From the human T2T-CHM13v2.0 reference genome, Homo sapiens, in the NCBI RefSeq assembly GCF_009914755.1, contig NC_060947.1: DNA of 64,000 nt; one strand, written 5' to 3'. Below are positions 44,550 through 58,899 of this stretch, in pieces. The notes below the pieces were generated by a model, which was given only the letters and a program-made list of their open reading frames with translations, searched no databases and was not told where the DNA came from. Position numbers and translations under genes: made by a program. Within the stretch, counting starts at the first letter, position 1, and each line of letters starts with the position of its first letter.

Positions 44550-47123
44550 ATATCTTATGGTCAAGATTAAAATTTTATAGATTGTTTATAAAATTTTGAA
44601 AAACAAATTTAATTGGCTTTATGCTGTCTTTATTGGGGCTTATTGTATAGAAAATTAAGTCTCCTCTCAAAGAATGAAGACTTTTGCCTTTTTTTTTTTA
44701 AATCCTCGAGTTATGACTTTGGTCAAATGAATAACTTATTTTATAATGACCTGTGATATCAAGTGTTTTAAACCTTTGATATTTGATAACCTTTCAAAAA
44801 TCAAATTAGAAATTGTGTCTTTTTCTGATCTAGTTAATCATTTAAGATATTAGTTTCCCTAAATTCAAAACATGACATAATTTGGCTTATTTGGTATAAA
44901 ATTATACAGTAAGCACTGTCAAATATGAAATGGTGTTTGGTTTTCTTTGGGTTGTATTTGTATAAATGTATTATTGATATGTGTTCCAAAATCATGGGAA
45001 ACACCTATAATCCTGTAATCCTGATATGACTTAGTGTACATCATCAGTAATAATTATAACTATTATGTTAAATTATTATGTGCCACAGAGGTAACAAATT
45101 TTCTGGTCAGTTTTGTCTTTGACTATGCCTGCCCTAAAACATTTTGTCATCCATGGACAATTGGTGCCTTGTTTGGTCCTCCTTAGAAGGTGGTTTCATA
45201 ATCAGTTATAAAACTCTAATAGGTGCTTTTGAATGCAGATTTCTGATAACTTTGAGAGGGAAAACTTTCAGGACTCATGGGGAGCTGAAATGTTCATGAA
45301 TATTAAGCAGAACAGGAATTTACTACAGAGACTGAACTAACAGAAAACTGAAGTATCTTTTTATATTTTTGCTTAAAATGTTGCTGACCCTCTGTTTTTT
45401 TTTTTTTTTCAGAGTCAAGGAAACTTTTATTTTGAGCTATTGTAAGGTTTCAACAATTTAGTATACTCCTATGAAGAAAATTTGGAGCGTATTTGTTTCT
45501 CTTTACCTGATTTCTCCAGAATTTGGAAACTATTTGCGAGTAGTCTTAACTTACAGCAATATGGCTAGTTGCATAAGTGCAAATAAAAATCTGTTATAAT
45601 TTGTAACAGGACACAATGGGAGAAACTGGTTATTTTACCAAGGCTTTCACCGGAATGATGTGCTTTCCTTTAAGAAATCAAACTTAACTTATGGAGCCAA
45701 TAAAAACCCATTGGGAAAACTGGCCTCATACCTTGTTTACACAGCCCATGTACAGGGTTCGTGACCTGGGGTAAGTAAAGAATGTCACTTTCTGACAGGC
45801 TCAGGAGCCCTAAGTTTATCTTGGGACCTTAAGAGGAGAAGATCACCCAACTCATGGGTATTTGATGGTACAAATCCATGGCTGGGCTCAGCTTTAAAAG
45901 AGTCTTATCTGAGATTCCTTCTATAGGACAAAGTTCCATCAAAGCCAATTTAAAAGCCTATGTAAAAAATAATTATTCTTACTTCACTGTATATAAATAA
46001 TCAGGACAAGTATAATAAAGCAAACCAGTCCTACCATGATTTGTCTTTAGTAAAAATGGAAACTGGAGAGAGAAAAAATATGTTTGAAAAACTACAGTAC
46101 ACCTGTTGTTAGATTCTAGTCTTGTGAAATATTTTTCAATGTTTATTATTTTTCAGTTTGGATCAAATTCTAATTTCTCTTGGCTACAATTCTTCAAAAT
46201 TATGTTTTCAATTATTTTCCTTCTTTTTTTCCCCATTTTTCCTTATTTGGAGTAACTGAGAACTTAGCTGTGCTTTCACAAAGCCCTGCAAACTGATGCT
46301 AGACAAATTAAACTTCAGAGGAAAATAACAGCAACCTATTTACACACATAAGCCACTTTCATACCTGCCTACTGATATATTAACTTCAGAATAATGTGGC
46401 CTATATAAGTTTTCCAGGACTGTTCTTTTTTGTTGTTGTTGTTTTTCTCCCTTCCTTCCCCTATTTTATCTTCATAGGATGTGAGACTTCACAACCTGCT
46501 AAATATTAGCTTTCCTAATAACTCTGGACATATCCATCTAGGAATGAACCTTCTTAGCCATGAGGGATTAGAGGAAGCCTGAGGCCAGAGACTCATTTTC
46601 TTCTAAAATGCTTTCCCTGAAATATTTTTAAAAAGAAAAGGAGAAAAATTTGAAAGAAAATAAATATTGGGGCCCCAAAATCACTAAGCTAGAGGGCAAA
46701 GTCAAGCTGGGAACTGCTTAAGACAAACCTGCCTCCCATTCCCTTCAAAGTCACCCCTCTGCTCACTGAGATAAATGCATACCTGTTTGCCTCCTTTGGA
46801 GAGGCTAATCAGACACTCATAAGAATGCAACTATTTGTCTCTTATCTACCTATCACCTGGAAGCCCCCTCCCCACTTTGAGTCATTCCACCTTTGCTTTG
46901 AGTTGTCTCACCTTTCCAGACTGAACCAATATTCATCTTACATATGTTGATTGATGTCTCATGTCATCTGCACATGTATAAGACAAAACTGTGCTTTGAC
47001 CACCTTGGAAACATGTCATCAGGATCTCCTGAGGCTGTGTCACAGGGGCATATCTTCAACATTGTCAAAATAAACTTTCTAAATTAACTGAGACCTGTCT
47101 CACCAAAATGGCAGGTGTTTACT

Positions 47124-47235
47124 CACGGTGACCAACCATCTGTTTTTTTCTGGGGCTGTGGAGTTTCTTGAATGTCAGGCTTTAGGTGCTAAAACCGAGA
47201 AATTCCTGGGGAAATTGGGATGGTTTGGTACCTTA
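47124..47235. mobile_element. MER81-like hAT-Blackjack MITE
   Basis: ggtgaccaaccatc...gtgctaaaaccgagaaattcctggggaaattgggatggtttggtacctta. Confidence 0.7.
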
Positions 47236-47239
47236 CGTC

Positions 47240-47441
47240 CACAGTCCAGGAACTATCTTTGGCAGAAGTGTGAAACCAACATGGCCAGTTCTCTGGTCTC
47301 CTGCTGGCACATCTCATTGACCAAACCAAACTGGGAACTGAGAGCAAGTGTTTCCTAATATGTAAGACATACAGATCAGCCTTCATGAACAGAGAATAGG
47401 TGGAGAATGAATTGGGAGAGTTAAGGTAATATATACCAGCA
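47240..47441 (-). mobile_element. LTR33-like ERVL LTR, right piece
   Basis: ctcattgaccaaaccaaactggga...agagcaag...gatcagcct...ggtggagaatgaattggga...taccagcac. Confidence 0.55.
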
Positions 47442-48371
47442 CTGTATTCACCTAATATTGGTTACTATTCAAAGAGTGACTGTCTAAAAGAGTATCTATT
47501 TGAATTTCTTTTCTTAAATCTGAATCTAACACATCATATTGGGTTTAATTAATGTCTTTTACATTTTTAACCCCAAACATGCTCCCCTTCCTTGATTTTT
47601 ATTTTATTCTTTATGCTAATAACCTGTTGAACAATCAAGCTCAATTCTATTGTAAGATACCTCATAATCTGTATTCGTTTGCTTCTCCATGATTTTGTTA
47701 CAATTGTTCCTCTACTCCTTTATTTTCTATAATTAAGTAATTACCTATTAAGGCTTGATTCAGTCTAGGTTAAACTTTATGGGCAAAAATACATCATAGG
47801 TGGTGATTTACATTTCATATTGTATCATATCAAGAGACAAATAATGCCTGGTTTTCTTAACTTACTGATGTCAAGAGTGTTCAGTGGATTGAGATAATAT
47901 CATTATGATTCCTCTCTTACAAATTTTTTTATAAATTGTTCATCTATTGGTTTCATTCATTGATGAATGTTAACTGAATCAATTATTTTATTAGCGATTG
48001 CAAAACTTTTTTTTACTTTCTGTCATTTCTTTTACATGTGTTAGCTCTACGTCTACTGAAAGGAAGTCATTTTAGTCATAAACTAGGGCTTTTTTGATAA
48101 ACTGAAAGGCAGTCCATATAGTTAAGTCAGGATGAATTCTTAATGTTTAAAATTGTCTATCTAGACAATAAGAGATTGGATCCCTACCTCTAATGGTAAC
48201 TGATTCTATTTTTTTATTTTTCTTTTTTGAGCATTAATTATGGTTTTAAATATATTCAATAGATTTTTTACTATAAATAGTTTTAATACATACTTACTAA
48301 ACTACATACTTTAACTTCAGTGAGTTTAGCTGAATTAGATATTATAGATGGTCCATCGTGTTCTATATCAT

Positions 48372-48500
48372 AAGGGAAAAACATACATCCTGGTTTGTCC
48401 TGAAATTCCAGTTCATTCTTGTTTTCCTTTCCTAATTATCAATACCACCTTCTTTCTTTCTTGGGTCCTGATTTGTATAATAAATTATGTGCTTGCTTTA
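48372..48500. mobile_element. MER94-like hAT-Blackjack MITE
   Basis: catacatcctggtttgtcctg...taattatcaatacc...gtcctgatttgtataataaattatgtg. Confidence 0.6.
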
Positions 48501-49424
48501 TATTATAGATGTCACTACATTAACTCTATATCTTAACGTTCTCCAATAGAACTCCAGAGATAGTTTACATGAGCTAAACAAACCTTGAAAGATATTAGCT
48601 GAAGAGACAGAGGTAGAAAGGCCATAACTGTGTTTCCAGATAGGTTCTCTGTGACCTTTTCAGCTTCTAAGCTCTTAAACTTTTTGGGGACTGCTAAGAT
48701 GATATATTCATTCATCAGACACGGAAGAGATGTGTTGATCCTATTTCTATGATACTTTCTGTTAGAAGTGTTGTATTTCTCACATCCGCAGTTACTCATT
48801 AAATTTAGTTCATTTTTTTATTTTTACTCTAACGATTAGCCTAATGATCAGTGTGTGCCTGCAGAAAGTAAATTCAATAGCCTCAGTGCCTAACAAGGGT
48901 AAAAATAGGCACAGTGTTCCTTCCTTTAAATTACAGGGCAATTTAATACTTCATCTCCAGAAAGGAAGAAAGTTTAGAACTGGTAAATAGCAACTTATAT
49001 AATGTTTAAGTTAAGGAGTATTTAACTTCAATGTTGGTTACTAAGAACTGATTTTGAAAAAATATGTTGTTTAGAATTTTTAAAATTATCTAGGGATCTT
49101 GAATTACATTTATAAAGGTTTACAACATATAGTGATTCAATAGATACAGGGAGAGGTTGTTTTAAGGGCTATACAAGACAGTATCTCAGTTTTCTCTCAT
49201 TTTTGCTCTCCTTTAATAAAAATTCCTAGGTGACTTTAACTCCAATGTCTACCCTCATAAATTGAACATTATTGAAGGCCCACTTTCCAGTGTCATGAGA
49301 AGGGAAGCACGATCATGAAATGAGCAAAGAAGGCCAGATAATCTTTAGAGGTCCTACAATCCATATTCCCATAATTGGCATCTTTTTTGAAGAAAGTCAA
49401 TGAAAGAAAAGAAAAGTACATATT

Positions 49425-49560
49425 AATTATTTAATGCATTTAACACTTAAATATTGAGAATTCGCTCTTCACTAAGCATTGTTATTTGTACTAGATATTC
49501 AGTGGTGAATATGACAGCATGCATAGACCTTCCACTTTAATAAAAGGAGACAGAGAGTAA
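49425..49560 (-). mobile_element. LINE-2 3' end relic
   Basis: catttaacacttaaatattgag...actagatattcagtggtgaatatgacag resembles the antisense L2 terminus. Confidence 0.5.
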
Positions 49561-49589
49561 GTAAAAAAAAAATAAATGAAAAAGAAAAT

Positions 49590-51071
<1,482 letters not shown>

Positions 51072-51799
51072 TTACTTGTCAGTGTGTTGATAAAATTATT
51101 TTATGATAAATTCCATTTTCAAAACTCTTAGTGTTTGTGGAAGAACACTATATTAATTTAGCTAGAAACTCAGTGAAGATAAGCAGTGAGGAGAAAATAC
51201 AAATGAAATACAATGCTGACTTAAGAGAATTGCTGTAGATTAGACTTCAGTTTGGGACAGATAAACTTGCAATGACATTTTAGGCACTGACTAGAGATGT
51301 CAAACCTGAAGTTTTGTGTAGAAGTATTGTGTTCTTGGATGACAATATAAAAGCAAGGGTCCTTGGTATATAGTGATATTTAGAGCCATTGGATTTTAGG
51401 AAATCACATAACATGAAAATACAGATAGGTTTTGGGACATTAACAAGATGGCAGAATAGATCTTTCCAGCACTTGTTTCCCCACAGAAACATCAATTTGA
51501 ACAACTATCCACGTGTAAAAATATCTTCATAAGAGCCAAAGAAAACAGGTGAGAGATTATAATGACTGGGTATAGCACAGAAATAAGGAAAGACACATAG
51601 AAAATAGTAGGAAGGAAAGTTTTACATTACTCACCTTACTTCTCTGAATCATAGCATCATAAAGAGAGATATTCCCTTCTTGGGGGAAGGGAAAGAAAAG
51701 GAGCATGAAACTTTGCCTTGGATCTCAACATCAGCTCCATTCCAGTAAAATCTAGTGCTGAGAAGGCCCCAGTGGCCCCACGTTTCAGGCAAGTACCTA

Positions 51800-53150
51800 T
51801 GGACTGAGGCTTCATCAGTAGGCTGGATCCCATAACTTCAGGCTCCAGGCTTGCCTGAAAGACATGGTCTCTGGGCCTGCCCCACTGCCAGGCTGTACCC
51901 AGTGGTGCTGGGTCAGTCCCAGGAACAGGCCAGAACACACAGATTCTGACTCTATGCTTATCTTTATACCACCTCCAGGACCAGGGCAGCTCTGTTGGCT
52001 CTGGACTATAGACCACCTCCAGCACCAGGATGGCTCACATGGCCCCAGGCTTCAGACCTACGTAATTATTTAGGCCAGCTTCTCTAACTGTAGTCATCAG
52101 GCCAGCACACATTGACTTAGCCTCCAGGCTGGCCCCTGCATATAGACTCCAGGCCCACCCAGCACCAGGTCACCCCTGTGATCCCAGACTCCATGCCCAA
52201 CACAGGTTTCAGACAAGATCAGAGACAGATAGGTCTACACAGCCCTGGGTTTCAGGACTGCACAAGTGCCAAGTCAGTATCTCTGGACTAATGCAACAGA
52301 CTGGAATCCATGAACACAGTCTTCAGATCTCCCTAGTACCAGGCCTATCCTTGCAGCCCCATAATCCAGGCTAGTCCCTGCAGCCCCATGCTTCAGCAGA
52401 CCTAAGGTTTAGGCCTTGTTAAGCAGACCCAAGGTTCAAGGTCATCCTCATAGACCCCAGCACTGGGCCACTCCTCATATACCTAGCTTCCACAATTGCC
52501 CCTGTGGAATCAGGTTTCAGGCCAACCTTTACAGAGCTAGTTTTCAGGACAGCACAACACACCCAGCTTCTGGGCTTGCTTCTGTGGGCCCAAGCTCTAG
52601 GCTAATTCACAAAGCACCAAGCTCCAGCCTAGCCTACATGGCACCAGGTGCCAAGCTAGCACTGTTGATATCAGGCTTCAGACTGGCTCTTACAGACACA
52701 GGTCCAACACCTACCCCAGTGCCAGAGTAGCGTCAGGCTCCAGTTAAGTTCCAAGAGATCCAGACACCAATGGACACAGGTCCAGACAAGTTCTGGCAGA
52801 CCCAGGGTTCAAGCCTACTCCAGTAGACCCCAGTCCCAGGCTGGCTCTCATAAACTGAGTCTCTAGGACCACCCCTGTAGACTCAGGCTTCAGGCCACCC
52901 CTTTGGAACCAGGACCCAGGCCCACTCTCATAAACAGTCTCTATGCCAACCCTCAGTGCTATGCTAGTTCTCATGAACACAGGCTCCAGATCTACCCCAG
53001 CAACTGGCCAGCCACTGCAGACTGAAGTGCAAAGCCCACTCCCATGGACCAAATAAAAAAGTCTACCCAAGTGAATCCAGGCTCCAGGCTGAATCCCATA
53101 GACTCAGGCATTAGGCCTGCCTACCTGCTAACCAAGGCACCATGCCAGCC
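51800..53150 (+). repeat. Degenerate ~27-bp tandem array in the L1 5'UTR
   Basis: Consecutive units at 52799, 52826, 52853, 52880 and 52906 (gacccagggttcaagcctactccagta / gaccccagtcccaggctggctctcata / aactgagtctctaggaccacccctgta / gactcaggcttcaggccacccctttg / gaaccaggacccaggcccactctcata). Confidence 0.75.
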
Positions 53151-53543
53151 TGCCCAAAATCCCAAGTAGCAAGCCCACCTGTGAACCATGCCCAGACAGG
53201 CTTCCCAGATCTCTGGGTTGGCTGACTGGTAAAGGGCTTTCCCAAACAAAGCCAATCTGCAAATACTGGAATAAATCCCTACATTTTTCAGTGTGCAAAT
53301 ACCCGTGTATTGCCATAAGGATCAAGGACAATTAGGGAAGCATAACATCACAAAAGGAACAAAATAAAGTACCAGTAACTGACCCTAAAGAAATGCAGCT
53401 GTATTAAATGCCTGACAAAACATTGAAAATACTTGTTTTACAGAAACTCAAAAAACTTTAAGAAAATATATAGAAAAAATAATAAAATCAAGAAAACAAT
53501 AATATAACACAATAAGAAATTTTTAACAGAGAAATTAAAATTG

Positions 53544-53878
53544 CAGTCAGACCTTCATATTCATGGGTTCCACATCCATGACTTTAACCAACTGTGGAAC
53601 AAAAATATTTAAAAAAGGAGATGGTTGCATCTGTACTGAACATTTACAGACTTTTTCCTTGTCAATATGTCCTAAACAATACAGTATAATAACTTTTTAC
53701 ATATCATTTACATTTTATTAGCCATTATATGTAATCTAGAGATGATTTAAAGTATATGGGAGGATGTGCATAGATTATATGCAAACACTATGCCCTTTCA
53801 TGTAAGAGATTTGAACATCCACAGAATTTGGTATCTCTAAGGGTCCTAGAACCAATTCCCCATGGATACCAAGGGATG
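53544..53878 (-). mobile_element. MER2 (TcMar-Tigger MITE) inserted in L1 ORF1
   Basis: cagtcagaccttcatattcatgggttccacatcc...aatctagagatgatttaaagtatatgggaggatgtgcatag...ccccatggataccaaggga. Confidence 0.9.
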
Positions 53879-54800
53879 GAAAAATCAAAGGAAAATTCTC
53901 GAGCTAAAAAATATAAAATAAAAATTGTAAAATAAAATAGAAAACATTAACAGTCTTGATCATGCAAACAAATCTGTGAACTCAAAGACAGGTTATTTAA
54001 AAATATAGTCAATAAAAAAAGATAAAAGAAGGAAGATTATCATCATAATTATGGAAAAGTATCAAAAGAGCAAATATTTGAATTATAGGAGTTAAGAAGG
54101 AAAAGAGAGTGACAAAGATCAGAAAACTTATTTTAAAAAGTAAGAGCAATAAACTTTCCAAATCTGAGGAAAGATATTAATATCCAGGTATAGGAAGCTC
54201 AAAAGTCTTCAATCAGGTTTAATACAAACAAGATTACTTAAAGACGCATTATAATCAAACAGTCAAAAAGCAAGAACAAAGAGAGGATTCTGAAAGCAAA
54301 AATTTAAAAAAAAAAGCATGTAATATATATGGGATTTTAATAAGGCTAGCAGCAGATTTCTCAGCATAGACTTTACAGTCCAGGAGCTAATGGAATAATA
54401 TATTCAAAGTCGTGAAGAAAGAAAAAAAATACCCAGCCAACCAAAAACCTTGCGAAGTTATTTTATATAAACCTTATAGTGACCACAAAGCAAAATCCTC
54501 TAGTAGATACACAAAAGATAAGTAGTAAGGAATCAAAGCATAACACTAGAGAAACACACCTAATCACAAAAGAGGAAAACAAGAGATTAAGAAAGTAGCA
54601 AAGGAAATTACCTTGAATGAAAATTGATTAATTTATTTGACAAAAAATATATAGAATGGCTCAATGAATTAAAAAAGCACTTCCCAACTATATGATGCCT
54701 ACGAAACACTCAAGTTACATTTAAGGACAAACATAAACTAACAGTGAATAGTTGGAAGAAACTTACCTCATGAAAATGGAAATGAAAAGAGAGCATTCAT

Positions 54801-54865
54801 GGTTTTGTACGTAGCAGAGCAGCTCCCTCGCTGCCATCTATTGAAAGTCAGCCCTTGACACAAGG
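54801..54865 (+). pseudogene. Retrocopy of the extreme 3' end of 28S (LSU) rRNA
   Basis: gtacgtagcagagcagctccctcgctgccatctattgaaagtcagcccttgacacaagg matches the recalled 28S 3' terminus; A-rich tail 54866-54879; TSD-like aagagagc (54787-54794) / aagagaac (54881-54888). Confidence 0.88.
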
Positions 54866-57024
54866 AAGAAAGAAAAAGATAAGAGAACGGGGTAGCTACA
54901 ATTATATTAGACAAAATAGATTTAAGAACTGTAAAACAAGATAGTTTTAATAGAAGAATAATTAGGTCAATTCATCACAAGGATATAACTATCATAAATG
55001 TATTTGTATCCAACATCAAAGCACCTAAATATATAAAACAAATATTAACAAATCTGAAAGAGAAGATAAACTGTAATACAATAATTGTAGATGACTTCAA
55101 TATTTCACTTTCAACAATGAGCAAATCATCATAAAAGGAAATCAATAAGAAAACATTGGACTTAAACTACACATTGGACCAAATGGACCAAATACACTTA
55201 TACGGAACAGTATATATGCATATACTGTTCCATCTAACAGCAGCAGAATACAGATTATTCTCTAGTGTACCAGAACATTTACAAGGATCTTTCCTGTGGT
55301 AGGCCCCTAAACAAATTTTAACAAATTTAAGAAGATTGAAAGAATATCAAGTATGTTTTCCAATTGCAATGGTATAGAACTAACAATCAATAGGAGGTGG
55401 GATTTTGAAAAAATAATAAAAACATAGGAATTAAACATCATGTTTCTGAACAACCAATGGGTCAAAGAAGAAAGTAAAAGAGAAATATAAAAAATATCTT
55501 GGGGCAAATGAAAGAGAAATGCAACATATCAAAACTTATAGGACACACCTAATAAGTTTTAAGAGGGAATTTTATAGATATAAATGCCTACATCAATAAA
55601 AGAAGAAAGATCTCAAATAAACTAACATTACATTTCAGTATACTGGAAAAACATGAAGAAACTATGTCCAAAGTTAGTAGAAGGAAGGAATTAATAAAGA
55701 TCAGAGCAGAAATAAATATAATAGAGATTAGAAAAACAATGGAAAAGAACAAAGAAACTAAGAGTTGAGTTTTTAAAAATGTAAACAAAATGAATAAACA
55801 TTTATTTAGACTAAGGACAAAAGAGAAGACTCAAATAAAACAAAATAAGAAATGAAAAAGAGACATTACAACTAACACCACAGAAATATAAAGGATTATA
55901 AGAGATTACAATGAATAATTATACACCAACTAATCAATAACCTAGAATAAATAGATAAATTCCAAAGCACAACCTACCAAGACTTAATCATGAAAAAAAA
56001 ATCCAATGAGAAAAATAATGGATAAGGTGAGGGAATCAATAATTAATTCTCCCACCAAAGAAAACATGATAGCTTGACTGTTGAATTCCAAAAAAAAGGT
56101 TAAGAAAAACTAATATCAATATTTCTCAAACTCTTCCAACCATTAAATAAGAGTAAATAACTCCCAAACACATTTTTCAGAGCCACCACCACTCTGATAC
56201 CAAAACCAGACAAGGGCACTACATGAAAACTACATACTAATATCTCTGATAAACAAAGATGCAAAAATCTTTCACAACATGCTAGCAAACTAAAGTCAAT
56301 ATAGCACATTAAAAAAAAATTCACCATGATTAAGTGGGATTTATCCCAGAAGTGCAAGTATGATTCAACATATGTAAATTGATAAATGTGACATACCACA
56401 TTAGGTAAATTATTATCTCAATAGATGCAGGAAAAGCATTTGATAATATTCAACATCGTTTTATAATAAAAACACCCTGTAAATCAATGCGATGGTTAAT
56501 ATTGAGTGTCAACTTGATTGGATTGAAGGATGAAAAGGGTTGTTTCTGGGTGTGTCTGTGAGGGTGTTGCCAAAGGAGATTAACATTTGAGTCAGTGGAC
56601 TGGGAGAGGCAGACCCACCCTCAATCTGGGTGGGCACCATCTAATCAGCTGCCAGAATAAAAGCAGAAATGGAAAGAGCCGACTTGCTGAGTCTTCTGGC
56701 CTCCATCTTTCTCCTGTGCTGGTTGCTTCCCACCCTCTAACATCAGACTCCAAGTTCTTCAGCTTGTGAACTCTTGGACTTACACCAGTGATTTCTCAAG
56801 GGCCCTCAGGCCTTTGGTCACAGACTGAAGGCTGCAGTATCAGCTTCAGTACTTTTGAGGTTTTGGAACTCAGACTGGCTTCCTGGCTCCTCAACTTGAA
56901 GACAGCCTATTGTGGGACTTCACCTTGTGATCGTGTGAGTCCATTTTTCTAATAAACTCTTCTTCATATATTAATCTATCCTATTAGTTCTGTCCCTTTA
57001 GAGAAATCTGACAAATACAGATTT

Positions 57025-57042
57025 TGGTACCAGGAGTGGTTC
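57025..57042 (+). promoter_or_regulatory. HERV-L primer-binding site (tRNA-Leu type)
   Basis: tggtaccaggagtggttc, 5 nt after the 5'LTR; first 15 nt match the complement of a recalled tRNA-Leu(TAA) 3' end. Confidence 0.75.
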
Positions 57043-57059
57043 TAGAGAAACAGAATTTT

Positions 57060-58893
57060 AAGGATAGGTTTATTTAGTTGGTTTTGGGGTGTCTGGAGTT
57101 GGCTGCTTAATCTGATTAGACTCCAGAATGCTAAGGACTCTATTTCTAACAGCAATACTAAATTACTATTTACTAATTAAATTAAATTACTATTTACTAA
57201 TTAAATTAATATTTACTAATTACTATTAGTAAATAGTAAATAGCACAGAGTAAACTGATGGTCCTTGGCTTGAACTGTTTAGAAAGCTATGGAAAATAAA
57301 TGTATTTAATTCTCCTGATTAACCACTCTTGAGAAGCAAGGAGTTTAGTGACTATATATGTGAGACCTTCAACCATATGTGGAGACCCAAGGAATATAAT
57401 AAAGTTGGTTTGTTTCTCTTAAGTTTGCTGGACAAAGTGCTGAAAGGAAATGAACTCAGGGATTCTAACTCCCAGCTCCAGAAGCACATACTGAGCTTCA
57501 AATCTTCTAAGATTGCCCCAAGTGAGAGTCTTACATCCTGTACAGAAAGAGCTAAAATTATGGAAAATCAGACACAGCTCTGATTATGAGAGTGGCTGAC
57601 CTGCAACAAAAGGTGCACACATAGCCTCACCAGCTGTCTACTGTTAAAGTGAGGGCATTTATTGTAATAAAATGAGATGCTGCAACTTGGAATGGGAACA
57701 TGTGAGAGAACCCTGAAGAAGCTGGGGACACTAAGCTTGTAAACTTCAACGAGCCTTTTTCCCAAAGGAAACAGCTTCCCCATTCCCAGTGGTGGCAACA
57801 TTCCTTCCCTGACTCATGCTGCCATCAGCCTTTCCACTTTTCTCTGAGGAGACTAACCATGCACTGCCTGAAACAACAGTGATGGCCTCCCCTGAGGCAG
57901 TTGCCAGGCAAGACAATGTTGATTCTCCTTAGGACCCAACCCCAACACCCCCGTTTGCTTCTAGACCTATAACTAGACTAAAGTCTTGGCAGGTCCCTAG
58001 AGGTGAGGTTCAGAGTGTGACCCATGAGATGTGCTACATTCCAAAAGAACTGCTTGAGTTTTGTAATTTATATAAGCAGAAGTCTGGAGAACAGGCATGG
58101 GAATGAATATTGAGTTTGTGGGATAATGGTGGAGGGAACATAAAGTTGGATTAGGCTGAATTTAATGATTTGGGCCCACGAAGCAGAGGTTCTCCATTTA
58201 ATGTCACAGTGTGGGGAGATAAAATAGGTTCTAATAGTTTATTTGCTTAGCTAACTGCAATATGAATCAAAAGATGGCCCACTGTAAGTGAGCTGGAAAT
58301 GCCTGGTATCTCTTGGTTTAACACAGAGGAAGGAATCCAAAGGCTTAGGGAGATTGGTATGGTGTAATGGATTAATCACTTTACACCTACTAATCTTAGC
58401 TGGGAGTGTCCAGAAGATACATCCTTTACCAACATTTTGCAAAATAAATAATGTGAGGGCAGCACCTGCATCCTTGAAGAGCTCTGTGATTGCCCCTCTC
58501 TGTATGCCAGATTTTACAGTGGGAACCGCAATCACTCAACTACAAAATTTAAATGCAATGGGAATGATTGAATCCCAAGTTGGCAGGGGACAAGTGGTGG
58601 CACTCAACTGTTAAATGCAAGGTGGGCATAATTACCTTAATGGACAACAGTGGCAAAGCAACAATCAGAATGATCTGAGTTGTGTAGAGCTCTGGCATTG
58701 GCTAATTAGTCATGGTGTTCCTAGAAATGAAATTGATAGGAAACCTACTTCATTCTTACTTAATTTATATAAGCAGAAAACTTCCAGGTCGAGTGGACAA
58801 AAAACTAATTTGAATTATAAAAACAGAGAATCATGGCCCCTCAATCAATTTTCAGTCTTGAACCAGTTTACAGACCCAAAACCCCTTGAATGA
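57060..58893 (+). pseudogene. gag: HERV-L gag, disrupted
   Basis: Fragments RAAPASLKSSVIAPLCMPDFTVGTAITQLQNLNAMG and ELWHWLISHGVPRNEIDRKPT; many stops and frameshifts. Confidence 0.8.
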
Positions 58894-58899
58894 AGGGGA

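Larger units (their letters stand above)
39051..47102 (+). mobile_element. Two-LTR ERV1 element: MER4A1-like LTRs (39051-39518 and 46649-47102) with a non-coding MER4-type internal region
   Basis: LTR start tgtgaaaggaaaataaatcttggggccccaaaatcactaag, repeated at 46649; PBS follows the 5'LTR; polypurine tract aaaaagaaaaggagaaaaa 46630-46648; 3'LTR lacks its last ~17 bp; no gag/pol/env ORFs in the track. Confidence 0.92.

Noticed and set aside
51657-53331. Cluster of Pro/Gly-rich ORFs and a possible CpG-island promoter
   Set aside because: Lies in the L1 5'UTR 27-bp array and is CpG-depleted; no gene-like structure.
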